Positions 41,087-54,914 of a stretch of DNA of 64,000 nt are shown here, one piece after another. The stretch lies in the NCBI GenBank assembly GCA_964016885.1, contig OZ024740.1, forward strand, positions 10,726,001 through 10,790,000, in the 5' to 3' direction. The DNA comes from Eledone cirrhosa (taxonomy: Eukaryota). How positions within the stretch are numbered: position 1 is the first letter of the stretch; every line of letters begins with the position of its first letter. The notes below the pieces were generated by a model. The model searched no databases and was not told the origin of the DNA. It worked only from the letters and a program-made list of their open reading frames with translations. A program made the translations under genes and the position numbers.

Positions 41087-44000
41087 GTCCCCCTGCCAGA
41101 TTTTCAAATCATCGAAAATCGATGTTATTACTCACACATGGAGTAAGATGGCGAACAATGCAACAAGGGGGAGCTATTCGCTCTACCAATCGTTAAATCC
41201 AGAATAAGGATTTGAAAAATGTTAAAAAACATGCATGCATAAAAAAAAAGGCAAAAAAAAAAAAAAGCAGAAACACAGAAGCAAAAAAAAAAGGTGCAGC
41301 TAACACAGTCTAAATATAGACGGTGCTTCAACATTTTTTGGGCCAGTGGACCCTACGACCTGAACGGGTCGTGATCTTGTAACGTGGCGATGGTGGTGGT
41401 GTAAGGACAGGCGATGATGGTGGTTCAGGAACAGGCGTTCGCTCAACAGGCAAATATGAAGGGGTTCGTGGATCAGGAACCACAGCGTCCGTGTCCAGGT
41501 GTGCCTGATTAAGCCTGTCTATTGTAACTGTCTCCCTGGACCCTTTAATATCTAGAGTGAAATGCTTAACCGAGCGCGCTAAGACACGGTAATTTCCAGT
41601 GTAAGGCTGTGTGAGCGGGGGCTTCACAGAATCTTTCCTTACAAAGACATGCGTCCACGAGGCAACATCCCTTGGGACAGCAGTCTTGACAGTTTGTTTC
41701 CTAGTGTCCATTGGCGGCAAATCCTGGAAATAGGAGCGCAAACGGGACACGTAGGAAGCGTGATCTTGGGCATCAAGATCGATAGGGGCAAGCATTTGCC
41801 CGGGAAACGTCAGAGGGGCACCGTACAGTACTTCGGCCGGTGAAAATCCAAAGTCGACCTTCACCGTTGAACGAATCCCTAATAGCACAATAGGGAGGTA
41901 CTCGTTCCAACGCGCCGAGTCATTGAGGCCATTAAGGAGGCCTTCAGTTGTCGGTGAAAACGCTCCACCATACCATTCGAAGCGGGATGGTACGCCGTAG
42001 TTCTGATGCGTTTAGCACCAATTAATTTTGACAGTTCGAGGAAAAGGCTCGACTCGAACTGTCGTCCACGGTCGGTAGTTACTGTGGATGGAACTCCATA
42101 ACGAGAGATCCATCCAAACACAAGAGCACGCGCTGTTGTCTCAGCGGTGATGTTTTTCAAGGGGATGGCTTCAGGCCATCTCGAAAAACGGTCAACTATA
42201 GTCAGCAGATAAGAATAACCGTCGCTGACAGGCCAAGGTCCCACTATATCAATGTGAATGTGCGAAAAACGCGCATCTGGGTTAGTAAAGGTACCCAGGG
42301 GAGCCTTGACGTGTCGATGGACCTTTGATTTGTGGCAAGCGACGCAGGAACGGCACCAAGCAGCAATTTCACGCCTCACATTTGGCCAGAAAAATCTAGC
42401 TGATATGAGCTTTACTGTGGCAGAAGATCCTGGATGTGAGAAACTATGTAATGCCAGAAACACGGTCCGACGATGATTCTCTGGAACGAAGGGCCTAGGC
42501 ACGTCCAAAGAGACGTCGCAGATAATTTGGCCAACTGCAGTCGACAGAGGCAAGTATTTCATCTCGCAATTCGCAAACTCAGGCGATGTAACATCCAATG
42601 ACTCAAGGGGAGGCTGATCCGCAGCCAAACGAGTCAGATCTATGTCAGAGGGTGACGAGATCGCTGTCACGGGTAAGCGGGACAAAGCATCGGCTGCTGT
42701 ATTCAGTGAACCCGGAATGTGTTGGATATCGTTCGTATATTGCGAGATGAAATCAAGGTGCCTCGTCTCTGGGCGAGTATTTATCAGCCTTCGCTCTCAA
42801 CGCAAAAGTTAATGGTTTATGGTCAGTGAGGATAGTAAATAGTCTACCCTCTAGCATATGTGAAAAATGTTTCACGGCTAAATAGATGGCTAAAAGCTCC
42901 CTTCCAAAGGTGCTGTAGCGCGTCTCAGCAGGTTTCAGTTTTCTTGGAAAAAACTCCAGCGGTTGCTGGTAACCATTGATGTTTTGTTGTAGCACTGCGC
43001 CCACAGCGATATCCGATGCATCAACACAAAGCGTTAGCTTTGCACCGGGTACCGGGTGAGCCAGTAAAGAAGCATTAGCCAAAGCAGTTTTGGCGTGCTG
43101 AAAATCAGCAAGTTGAGTTTCGGTTAAAGAAATGTCTGTATTCTTCTTCCGACAATTTTTTTTAATTTCCGTCAGGGAAAAACGCAATCTTGCACAATTT
43201 GGCACGAAACGCCTATAAAAATTGATCAGGCCTAAGAACTGGCGTAACTGACGTAGTGAGGTCGGTGGAGGTAAATCCTCTATGACCTTAACTCGCTCAG
43301 GACGGGGTCGAATACCGTCAGCATCGCTGACGTGACCCAAGAGAGTCAGTGACTCAGCACCAAAAACACATTTGGGTGCATTAATCTGCACGTTATATGC
43401 CTTCAATCGACGGAAAAGAAGATTTAAATGGTGCGTATGTTGTTCTTGAGAAGAACTAGCAATGAGCAGGTCGTCAATATAGGTATAGACGAAATCGAGG
43501 CCACAAGTAACTTCATCCATAAACCGCTGAAACGTACTAGCGGCATTCCTTAATCCGAACTGCATGGTCAAAAACTCAAATGACCCAAATGGCGTAACTA
43601 TAGCCGTTTTTGGAATGTCATTTTTATGGACAGGAATTTGATGGTACGCACAAATTAAATCTAGTTTGGAGAATACCATGCATCCCTGCAACGAAGACAC
43701 AAAGTCTTGCAGATGAGGGATAGGATAACGGTCCGATTCCGTTATTGAATTTAAGCGTCGATAATCTCCAGTAGGTCTCCAGTCGCCAGTCGCTGTCGGT
43801 ACCATGTGTAATGGGGACGCCCACGGGCTCGTGGACGGATGAATAATCCCCAACTGCAGCATATGATCAAACTCTGATCGTGCTGCTTTGAGTTTGTCCG
43901 GAGACAAGCGACGAGGACGAGAAAAAACGTGAGCACCAGTTGTAGTTATGAAGTGCTCCGTGGTATGAGTTGGCTCATCAACTCGAACATTTCCCTGAGT

Positions 44001-45297
44001 CAGTTGCGGGAACGAGTTCAACAACGCATGGTAAGTATCGCCGGTGTTAGCAAGAAAAAAAGTCGGGCTAACCGTTGGAACTCCTGCTGCCTTGCCAACA
44101 ACAGAAAAACTAGTGATGTCATCAATTAGGCGTTTACGACGGAGGTCCACCGTCAATGAAAAATGGTGGAGAAAATCCGCGCCTAGAATCGGATACGGCA
44201 AGCCAGCGACAGTAAAAATCCATTTAAACTCACGCCACAGATTACGAAACTGCAAAGGTAGCGAGATTTGTCCGAAGGTTCGAATCGGCGAACAATTTAC
44301 TGCCTGCAATTCAATAGGTGACTCAGGGGGAGTCTCCTTCATACAACACACAAGCCATACTGAACAAACTGCACCTGTGTCAACCAGAAAGGCTCTACCT
44401 GATAGCAGGTCCTCAATAAAAAAGTGGCGGTTGTATGATGTTTCGCAGAGCGCACTATCCGCCGTTAGTGACTCTGGTCGTCGTTTCCCTTGTAAGCACA
44501 AGGAGGCCTACAACGGGCGGCTTTGTCACCATATTTGTCATGGTAATAACAATATGATGGATTTGAAGATTTGGAACGGCTACGGCGACGAGGAGTTGAA
44601 TAAGATCGTGAGCGGCTCTTCTGCCGTCCAAAAGACCTGAGTTCCTGGCACAACTCCGCCATTTGACGAGTCATGGCTTCCATAGTTTTGACCAACTTCT
44701 CATCACTCGCTGATGAGCGTGATTGAGGAAGCAACGTACTTTTGCTTCGAAGTGTCTCTCTTCGTCACTTCTACTATTTTGTCGGCAGAGACAGCAATGT
44801 GGTCGAGGGTATTTACCTCTAGCATATGGGCTAGGATCGCCTGTACCTCTTGAGGTAGGCGAGAGAAGAACAATTGCTTCAGGAAAGGCTATCCTGATCT
44901 TGGGAATCACTCAATTCCCGCAAATGCCGGGAAAAGCGGTAGGGGTTCTGCCATCTAGTCGTTCGTCCTCGATCAATGACCGAAAACGACTCTCTACCGA
45001 TTTACAGTTCCTTCTCAAGATTTCGCCTTTTAAAGAATCATACGTTAAGTCAGAGGGGGGATCCGTAATTAGGTCTTGGACCGAATCTGCTAAATTAGGG
45101 GGAAGTCCGCTAATCAAGACAGCGAGGCGCTGGTCAGACTCGGTCTTACAGACCGTAAAATACGCCTGTAGCTGGGCGAACCACAGCTTAGGGTTTCCGG
45201 TAAAGGCGGAAACATGTGCCGTATTCATTGTGAAACGACTAAAAAAAAAATAGAAACAGCAATTAATGTTCCCTCGTACAGGGAAAAGTAAACACCC
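40808..45297 (-). mobile_element. Decayed Ty3/Gypsy LTR retrotransposon lacking its 5' LTR
   Basis: gag (from 45228), protease LVDTGA, RT YIDD, RNase H DAS/TDHKPL, integrase HHCC + DDE; several frameshifts. Confidence 0.93.
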
Positions 45298-45508
45298 ATG
45301 TATATATGTGTATGTGTGTGTATATATGTATATATGTATATATATGTATATGTGTATATATATGTATGTGTAATTGTATGTATATGTGTGTATGTGTGTG
45401 TATGTATTTGTATTTATATATGTATGTATGTGTATGTGTGTGTATGTATGTGTATATATATGTGTATATATATATATATATATATAAGTGTATATATATA
45501 TATGTGTG

Positions 45509-45541
<33 letters not shown>

Positions 45542-45713
45542 ATGTGTTTGTGGATGTGTATGTGTGTGCTTGTGTGTATGTGTGTGTGTATATGTGTGTG
45601 TGTGTGTATATATATATATGTGTATATATGTGTGTGTATATATATACATATATATATATGTATATGTGTGTGTGTGCAGATGCATGCATGTATACACCCA
45701 TGTATGTATATAT

Positions 45714-45777
<64 letters not shown>

Positions 45778-45893
45778 ATATATATATGTGTGTGTGTGTG
45801 TATATGTATATACACACACACATGTGTGCGCATGCGCATGTGTGCACATGCATACGCATGTGCACATGCATATATGCACATACACATGTATAT

Positions 45894-45939
<46 letters not shown>

Positions 45940-45952
45940 GTATATATATATA

Positions 45953-46021
<69 letters not shown>

Positions 46022-46166
46022 GTGTGCGTGTGTGTATATGTGTACATGTGTATGCGTGTGCATGTGCATGTGCGCACGCGTGCACACATGTGTATCTGCA
46101 GGTGCATACATCTACATACATACACATGCGCACGCACGCACGTGTGCACATGTATATGTGTGTATG

Positions 46167-49103
46167 TAATTAAAATACGACTTGTCCTCAATAGAACTAC
46201 GGTGACAGTAATATCTGCGTACGCACCCCAATCCGGACTGCCCGGCACTATAAAAGACAGATTCTATGAGACACTGTTGCTAACTACCTCCCAAATATCT
46301 GACAGTGACTATATAGTTATTGCAGGCGACCTAAATGGTCACGTTGGACAACATTGTGACGGCTACGATGAAATCCATGGAGGCTATGGGTTTGGTACTA
46401 GAAATGAGGAAGGCTCCAGAATCCTGGAATTCTGTGATGCAAATAACCTAACTATCTGTAACACTAACTTCAAAAAACGTGACAATCACCTGATCACCTA
46501 TAGATCCGGGGAACACACAAGCCAGGTAGATTATATCCTTACCAGAAGCCGTGACAGAGTGTCTGTTGTAAACACTAAATCCCTCCCCCATGAAGAATGC
46601 ACCTCCCAACATAGACTGATAATTAGCGACCTCATAGTCAGGACGAGACGTACTCGACAGCAGAAGAGGACTATCCTCAGGAGAAAAATATGGAAGCTAA
46701 AGGACCCCACAGCCAGGAATAAATTTCAAAGCATATTACTTGATGCTTTCGACAGTAAGGAAGAACATTTAGAGTCGGACAATATAGAGGGAGAGTGGGA
46801 ATTTCTGAAAGCAAACCTGCTGTTGGCGACAGACGAAGTCTGTGGCTGGAGCAGGCCTGTAGGCAGGAGGAGAGTAACATGGTGGTCGGGGAGAAGTGTG
46901 TACTTAACGATGATGGCATACTTGCCATCACCGACGCTGATAAGAAGGTAGCTTGGAAGTGTCACTATGAAAGACTACTAAATGAGGAGAATAAATGGCA
47001 GAAAGACAGTCTCCCCCATATCGACCCAATAGAGGGACCAGCAGTGTTAGTCGAGGGGAGTATAATAAGTAAGGCAATCAAGGATATGAAGACGGGTAAG
47101 GCGGCTGGGCCTTCGGAAATAGTTGCTGAGATGCTGAAGGCATCTGGCACGGTGGGACACACCATGGTCACCCGCATAGTTAACCAAGTCGTACAGAATA
47201 GGTTTGTTCCGAAGGACTGGCATAGCAGCATCATCGTTAACTGTTATAAGGGTAAAGGAGACGCCCTAGATAGGAATAACTATAGAGGCATTAAATTAAT
47301 CGACCAGGTCATGAAGGTCACGGAAAAAGTAATAGCGCAACTAATCAGAGAGAGAATTGACCTAGATGAAATGCAGTTCGGGTTTGTGTCAGGCAAAAGT
47401 ACCACAGACGCTCTTTTCATAGTACGACAACTACAGGAGAAGTACCTAGCTAAAGGTAAACCCCTCTACTTAGCTTTTGTCGACTTGGAGAAAGCCTTCG
47501 ACAGAGTCCCTCGCTCCATTATCTGGTGGGCTCTTAGAAAACTAGGCGTTGACGAATGGCTTGTGAGGGCTATACAAGCCATGTATAAAGAAACAGTCAG
47601 CAAGGTTAGAATTAACAACGAATATAGTGAAGAGTTTAGCGTAAAAGTTGGCGTCCATCAGGGCTCTGTTCTCACCCCTCTACTATTTATTATTGCCCTT
47701 CAGGCTATAACAGAGGAGTTCAAGACAGGCTGCCCATGGGAACTCCTATACGCAGACGACCTGACACTCATAGCGGAATCAATGGCCGAGCTAGAGAAGA
47801 AATTCCAAACATGGAAGCACGGCCTAGAGTCAAAAGGACTTAAAATTAACCTGGCTAAGACCAAAGTTCTAGTTTGTAGGAAAGAAAACAAGGCGGCGGT
47901 CCCATCTGGGAAATGGTCGTGCTCGGTGTGTAGGAAAGGCGTAGGTAGAAACTCCATCTTATGTCCTAAATGCAAAGTATGGGTGCATAAAAGATGTAGT
48001 GGGATCACAGGTAAGCTAACTAAGAACATAGATTTTACATGTGGCCGGTGTTCTGGTGCAATAAGTAGCAGCAAGTGCCCACAAAATACTAGCTCTTTCA
48101 ATTGCGCAGAGGGTTCTATAGAAATAGTGGACAGCTTCCGTTACCTGGGTGATAAAATCAGCAGTGGGGGAGGGTGCTCTGAAAGTACAGTAGCTAGAGT
48201 CAGAACTGGTTGGAAAAAGTTCAGAGAGCTTATACCACTATTAGCTGCTAAAGGGTTCTCCCTAAAAATGAAAGGCAGGTTGTACGATGCCTTCATACGA
48301 ACAGCAATGTTGCATGGCAGTGAGACCTGGGCATTGTGTGCAGAGGATATACGCAGACTAGAGAGGAACGAAGCTTGCATGCTCCGCTGGATGTGTAACA
48401 GTAATATACGTGAACGGCAAAGCATAAACGAACTAAGGAAAAAATTAGAGATAAGAGGGATCAGATGTTGTTTACTCGAGAGAAGGCTACGTTGGTATGG
48501 ACACGTGATGCGCATGAAAGTCGAATGCTGCATAACAAAGTGCAGGGCAATAAAGATAGACGGTAGCCACGGAATAGGCAGACCTAGAAAAACCTGGGAC
48601 GAGCTGATAAACTCCGACCTCACACACTTACACCTCTCCAAGACAATGTCACTGGACCGAGACCTTTGGCGGTACTCAGTAACAGAGAAGACCCGCCTTA
48701 CCTAAATATATAGTAAAACCTACTCCAGCCAGTAGGCATCTCTAACAAAATACACCCCGTCCCACCACCACCACCCCCACCCCATCCACAACACCCCGTT
48801 CTATGTAAAGTTATGTTGGTGCCGCGCCATCCAGGCCGAAACAAATGAGATTGTGTAGGTGTCACGACAAAAAAACACACAGTCCACGCTGTAATGTGGC
48901 CGTGTAGGCAACACGGTAAAAACCTCCCAGACCCACACTGTAAATGTGGTTGGTGTTAGGAAGGGCATCCAACTGTAGAAAACCTGCCAGATGGTCCTAT
49001 GCGAGCAAGACAATCACTCTTGCCTCAAGTGGGACTACCCCCGTCCAAACCCATGCAAGCGTGGAACACGGACGTTAAACGTTGATGATGATGATGATGA
49101 TGA
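46167..49103 (+). mobile_element. 5'-truncated RTE LINE with ~235-bp internal deletion
   Basis: Partial APE, frameshifting deletion at ~46885, RT to 48705, (GAT)n tail. Confidence 0.93.
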
Positions 49104-49109
49104 TGTATA

Positions 49110-49148
<39 letters not shown>

Positions 49149-49281
49149 GTGTGTGTGTGTATGTGTTTGTGTGGTTCTCTGTGTGTGTATTTATATATAT
49201 GTGTGTATGTGTGTATATATGTGTATATATGTGTGTATGTGTGTGTGTTTCTGTGTGTATATATATATATATATATGTATG

Positions 49282-49324
<43 letters not shown>

Positions 49325-49559
49325 GTATATATATGTATATATACATATATGTATATGTATATATGTATGTGTGTACATGTATATGTGTATACGTGTGTAT
49401 ATGTAGGTATGTGTGTATGTGTGTATATATATATATGTATATGTATGTGTACGTATGTGTGTGTATATATGTGTGTATATATATATATATGTATATATGT
49501 ATATATATATGTATATATATATATATGTGTATGTATGTGTATATATATGTGTGTGTATA

Positions 49560-50211
49560 TGTATATATATATGTATATGTATGTGTGTATATATATGTAT
49601 ATGTATGTATGTGTATATATATATATATATGGATATATGTATGTGTGGGTGTATGTGGTTGCGCGCGAGTGTGTGAGTGAGTGTGTTTGTGAATGTGTCT
49701 GTTGATTTTTGGAATATAGTTGAATAGTTTAAGAGAAATTTGAAGATAATGGTATGATATTCACTCAATATTTTGAATTGGTCTATAGAATTCTCTAGGC
49801 CTTTGTCACTTAGTAGAACCTTAAAGAATTTAGCTTTTAAAGAATCTCCCTTTTCCTTAAATCCATCAACCATGACTGACCCCCAATGATCTTATAGTCA
49901 CCTGATATCTAGGCATTGTTAGCTTAAGAGAAACTTAAAAATAAGGAGTGGCACCCCATCCCGAATTTGTTTATAGAATTCTTTGTTACTCTAAAAATAA
50001 AATATAGCTTTGAAGAATTAGCTTTTAATGAATTCCCTTTTCTATCAACCAATGACCTCTACCCGCCCCACTCCCTACCCTCTCCTACCACCTGAAGAGA
50101 CCTATAAATACCATATTTATTTTTTGATACCCAGATTCCTGATGATTTCTAAAGAATGAAATAGTTCTAGTCCTGTAGAATCTCATCTATATTAAAACTT
50201 TTATACTCTGC
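49560..50211 (+). repeat. Downstream pLTR copy of PLE family 2 (direct repeat of ~33405-34086)
   Basis: Near-identical sequence that ends ~30 nt after the HHR, at (TA)n. Confidence 0.88.
50133..50183 (+). ncRNA. Type-I hammerhead, PLE family 2 downstream pLTR
   Basis: Same as 34008-34058 with one C-G to U-G change in stem III. Confidence 0.85.
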
Positions 50212-50247
50212 TATATATATATACATATATACATACATATATATATA

Positions 50248-50327
<80 letters not shown>

Positions 50328-50328
<1 letters not shown>

Positions 50329-50733
50329 GGTGGCGGCCAACTCGTTTTCGAGTACGGCCACTACTTTATATCCATGTAGGAGAACCCCTACTGATGCGCT
50401 GAACGAGTGTGTCTTAGTCCAGCCAGCGACTTGAAAACTCTGGTACAAACACTACACTTGTGACAATTATTGACACATAGTGCTGGCCCATGGTACCCTG
50501 TGACGACAAGTGCAGAGAGATCTCCAGATATAAAGCAATGCCTGTGCCGTGAAGCTTTTATAGTGAGCAAAGGCACTGCACAAAGCCAGTCCCACTCTCT
50601 TAACCAAGATGATATTTACCAAAAAGAAGAACAAGTCAACATCATTGGATACCATCAGGGTTGCAGGTGTTATATCAGAGTTTTCTTTCTCCTAGAATTC
50701 TGCCTTGACAAAGGCTAAGGGGTCATCTCTCCC
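50328..50733 (-). mobile_element. Second copy of the short RTE-related element
   Basis: Reverse complement of ~31108-31512. Confidence 0.7.
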
Positions 50734-50870
50734 GGATATATATATATTTATATATATATACATACATACATACATATACATATATATATATATACACATA
50801 CACACACATACATACACACACATTCATACATATATATATATATACACATACACATACATACATATATATA

Positions 50871-51825
50871 CTAGACATGAAAAATGCGCAAGCTCAAAAG
50901 TGCCACAGAATGTTATAATAAACCTTCAAAAGTGTGGGACTAGAGTTGTTGCTAAAAAATATTGTAATCATTATATATCGTACATTCTGTGGCATCCTTT
51001 ATAAAAATAGCTTAAACCAACGAAGCCTTTATTTTTACGCTATTTCACTTAGTTAATTCTTAGAGTGTAACATATAAAAATATGATTTACAACTATAAAA
51101 TAAATTAATTAATATAATAACAGAGCTGCGGAGCTGAAATTTAGGAAATCATGGAGTATCGGATCCTGAGTTGGAGCCAGTCAATTTTTGGCCGACTCCG
51201 CAGCCCTGTATAATACATTTCATATTAAAGTTATTAATAAACCTATTTTACACTGCATGCAAATTACCATGAGATATTGATATTAGATATAAGATACAGC
51301 GCAATATCTACAGCTGTAAAAGTACGAAAGCGAAGTAATAATAAGTGGCTTAAGGTAATTCCAATATGAAAGTTTGTAGTGATAAAAATTTGATAATGCA
51401 ATACGATTGTTAATATTATAGTTCTATGAAAATGTAACAATAGATAACTAAATTATTTTACTATTAGTATATTTAAGAAATTATCATTATAGATTTGATC
51501 GTTCATATAAGCATCATATTAATTTTCAACACAATTATTTTGTTACTATGAGTATATGATAATAATATTACGTAATTATTTATAGCTGTTATTACATTAA
51601 ACATAGATGTATTTATTTTTATATGTTACACTCTAAGAATTAACTAAGTGAAATAGCGTAAAAATAAAGGCTTCGTTGGTTTAAGCTATTTTTATAAAGG
51701 ATGCCACAGAATGTACGATATATAATGATTACAATATTTTTTAGCAACAACTCTAGTCCCACACTTTTGAAGGTTTATTATAACATTCTGTGGCACTTTT
51801 GAGCTTGCGCATTTTTCATGTCTAG
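50871..51825. repeat. ~210-bp apparently perfect inverted repeats around a ~530-bp spacer (foldback)
   Basis: 50871-51082 is the reverse complement of ~51614-51825. Confidence 0.85.
51121..51208. mobile_element. 88-bp hAT-like MITE
   Basis: TIRs CAGAGCTGCGGAG / CTCCGCAGCCCTG; flanks TATAATAA / TATAATAC (7/8 TSD). Confidence 0.6.
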
Positions 51826-52419
51826 TTTAATATTTTTTTAAGGCAACGCTTGTTAAACGCTTGTTAAGGATATATATATTTTAAGGCAACTCTAGTTAAA
51901 CAGGATATATATTAATAATAAATTATCGTTGTAATGTAATTAGATTATGTAATTGTTATTATAAATTATCTTATAAATATTAGTGTAAGATGTATAAAAA
52001 TATTTTCAGACTTTTAATATAAACAACTACAAAAAGCAATCAATATTAAATCAATATATTATACATAATAGAAAACATAAAATAAACAATACAAAAACAA
52101 AATATTTACATACAATTGCAATTATCAGTGTATATACATTTTCTTTATATTCCCTGAGCAAATTAATAAGATTTGTTTTTATTGTACATAATTTGATGAC
52201 TTGTTGGAGTGTATTAAAAGATAGCAACAATTTGTGATTAAATTGTTATCTTAAGCAACTCACTTTTTAATAGTTGTTGGCTGAGCGAAATTGTAAAAGC
52301 CTATGAGCAAATATAAAAAAAAAATACACAAACAACATTTCCTTGTGTTATTACAACATTAGATAAAATAATTGAGCAATGTCGTTATATTTTGCTCTTA
52401 TTGCACATTAATAGTGTTT

Positions 52420-52580
52420 CTATTTTTCGGCACAAATCCATTACGGCAGTCCATTACTGGTACTTTATTTTATCGAATTAGTAAGTATGAAAGTCGAAGT
52501 TAACCTCGGCAGGATTTGAACTTAGAATGCAAAGGACCATAACAATACTGCAAAGCATGGTGTCTGACGCTCTACCAATA
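52420..52580 (-). mobile_element. Meta-type SINE
   Basis: Reverse complement of the SINE core and B-box. Confidence 0.65.
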
Positions 52581-53049
52581 CTTGTGTTGAGCTGGTCATT
52601 AATTTATGGTGGTCGTGCGTGGAGTAGAGCAATCGCTAGTTGAAATATTATGAACAAAACATTTTTATTTGCCGAAGAACATATTTTCAATACTGTTTGT
52701 GAATGTGACGAAGGAAATACATTCTGATATGGAACAGTGTACAAAGTGTGTCTGTGAATAACATAATGTTACCTCATGTTGTTGTCAAGACATAATGGAT
52801 TTCGTATATCCAGTTAGAAGATGAAACCTAGCCATCTCGGATTAGTTATATTTCATGCCATGTGTAAACGTGTTTGAGGATAGCAAAATATGCGTGTTTC
52901 TTGTCTGGAAACTTTCTGCTAAACTGATTGGTTTCGTTTTTGGCACTATACAATACTCATCCAACAGATAGCTGTATTGGATCCTTGATTGGTTAATATT
53001 TAGGTGAGGGTGCTTGATGCAGAGTTAGTGCAAAATGGATCAATGTGTA

Positions 53050-53703
53050 ATAATAATAATGATAATAATAATGAAAATATTGTGTACAATGCTGAAGTGC
53101 ACTACAACTCATCAACAGTGCATATATAATACATAGGGTAATATAAAAACGTCATGAAAAAAGAACAGTGCATGAGTCATGATATACACATATGTGCATG
53201 TGTATGGAAGGGGGACATCAGGTGTAGTTTTGGTGTATTTCGGAATGTATGATGGTTTTAAAGGATGCAGTGTGTCATCAGCTAACAACTGATGCAGGAA
53301 GTTTGTTCCATCCTTCAGCAACTCTGAGCATGAAGAAATATTTCCTAAAGTCATGGGAGCTGTGTTGTTTTCTGACTTTGTAGGCATGTCCACGTGTTAA
53401 ACACATGGAGATCAAAAAGGTGTTCGGGGTTGTTGTTGTTGGTCGGATGGTTAATAACTTTGTGGGTGTTTACCAAGTCCATTGCCAGAGGGAAGCAAAA
53501 TATTCAGGGTATGGTAGGTGTCTGATGGAGGGTATGCGCTTGGTTGCATGTCTCTGAACAGTTTCCAGGAGGTCAATGTTCTGAGCAAGATAGGGGTTCC
53601 AGACTGATGACGCGAACTCCAAGTGTATTCGTACCATAGATGTATACAGCTTTAAATAGATGGCTGGAGGGCAGCTAATGAAGGTCTTGCTGATTGATGC
53701 CAA
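53050..53703 (-). mobile_element. CR1-like LINE 3' fragment
   Basis: LYTSMVRIHLEFASSVWNP..LETVQRHATK; (ATT)n tail at ~53050-53070. Confidence 0.75.
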
Positions 53704-53915
53704 GTCAATCTTAATAAATTGACTGATTTATCTGTTCACTACTGCTAATCCACCGCTGTTTGTACAATTTTTTAGATAATGTCAATTTGAGCTTGAATCA
53801 TTGGCGTAATGAAATTTGAAAAGATTATAAGCAAATCTTTGTTAAAATACACAGACAACATTTAACTGTATCGTTGCAACATTAGATCTAATAATGGAGC
53901 AACATTTGTGCAGAA

Positions 53916-54380
53916 TTATTGTTTGTGCAATAAGATATTTGCAGATCTGTACTTGGTCTGCTCTTTAGCCAACTCGGTACGTTTAGAAGCTCTACGCTCG
54001 GCTTGCTTTTGAGATATAATAGCTGAATTTGCAGATCTATACTTGGCCTGCTTGTTTGCCAACTCATACCGTTTTGAACATCTATACTTGGCCTGTTTTT
54101 GTGTTAATTTAGCAAAATTCACAGCTCTATAATCGGCCTGTTTTTGTCTCAACTTCTCCCGATTCCGCATCCGGTAAGCTGCTTTCACATCCAATTTAAT
54201 ACGCTCATCTAGATTATTAGCACAGGAATGTGAACAAGCTTGTGGGACCGCATCATTGTAAGTATATGAACTGCCTGCAACATCAAGACCCAATTCACAA
54301 GTGCAGCGTTGCTCATTCACATCGGCAGTGGGGACACCAAAATCAGTGACAGGTCTCGATTCACTCGCGAGATACATCAC
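53916..54380 (-). other. ORF with 15-aa basic repeats (KQAKYRSAN), possible Helitron N-terminal fragment
   Basis: Five 45-bp units. No Rep or helicase motifs are visible, so the assignment is weak. Confidence 0.35.
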
Positions 54381-54867
54381 AGCTACACTATATATTTAAA
54401 CATATAGACAGTGATACCTCGCTACTTGGCGGTTCAACTATCGCGGATTCACGATTTCGCGCATTTTTAGAATATATATATGAACACCTAAAATTTTTCA
54501 TTAAATCCATTAAAATATTAATAATAAACACAGTTCTAATCATACGCTATATATATATATATATAAATATAAGTAATTAATACCGTATAAATGGTACAAA
54601 GACTGTTTATGTAAAATGTATTTCTCAACAGAGTATTGAATACTTAGGAGAAATTCAAAACGAAGAGTGATAAAATTTCAAGCAAAGAGTTTAATTAGGT
54701 AATGACTTACAAATTTGTTTCAGAATATAGACAAAGCCTGAAGCGCTAATTATAATAATTAGTTAATAATATTACAAAATATATTAATATTATATTAAAT
54801 ATATACTGAAACAAATTTGTAAGTCATTACCTAATTAAACTCTTTGCTTGAAATGTTATCATTCTTC

Positions 54868-54914
<47 letters not shown>

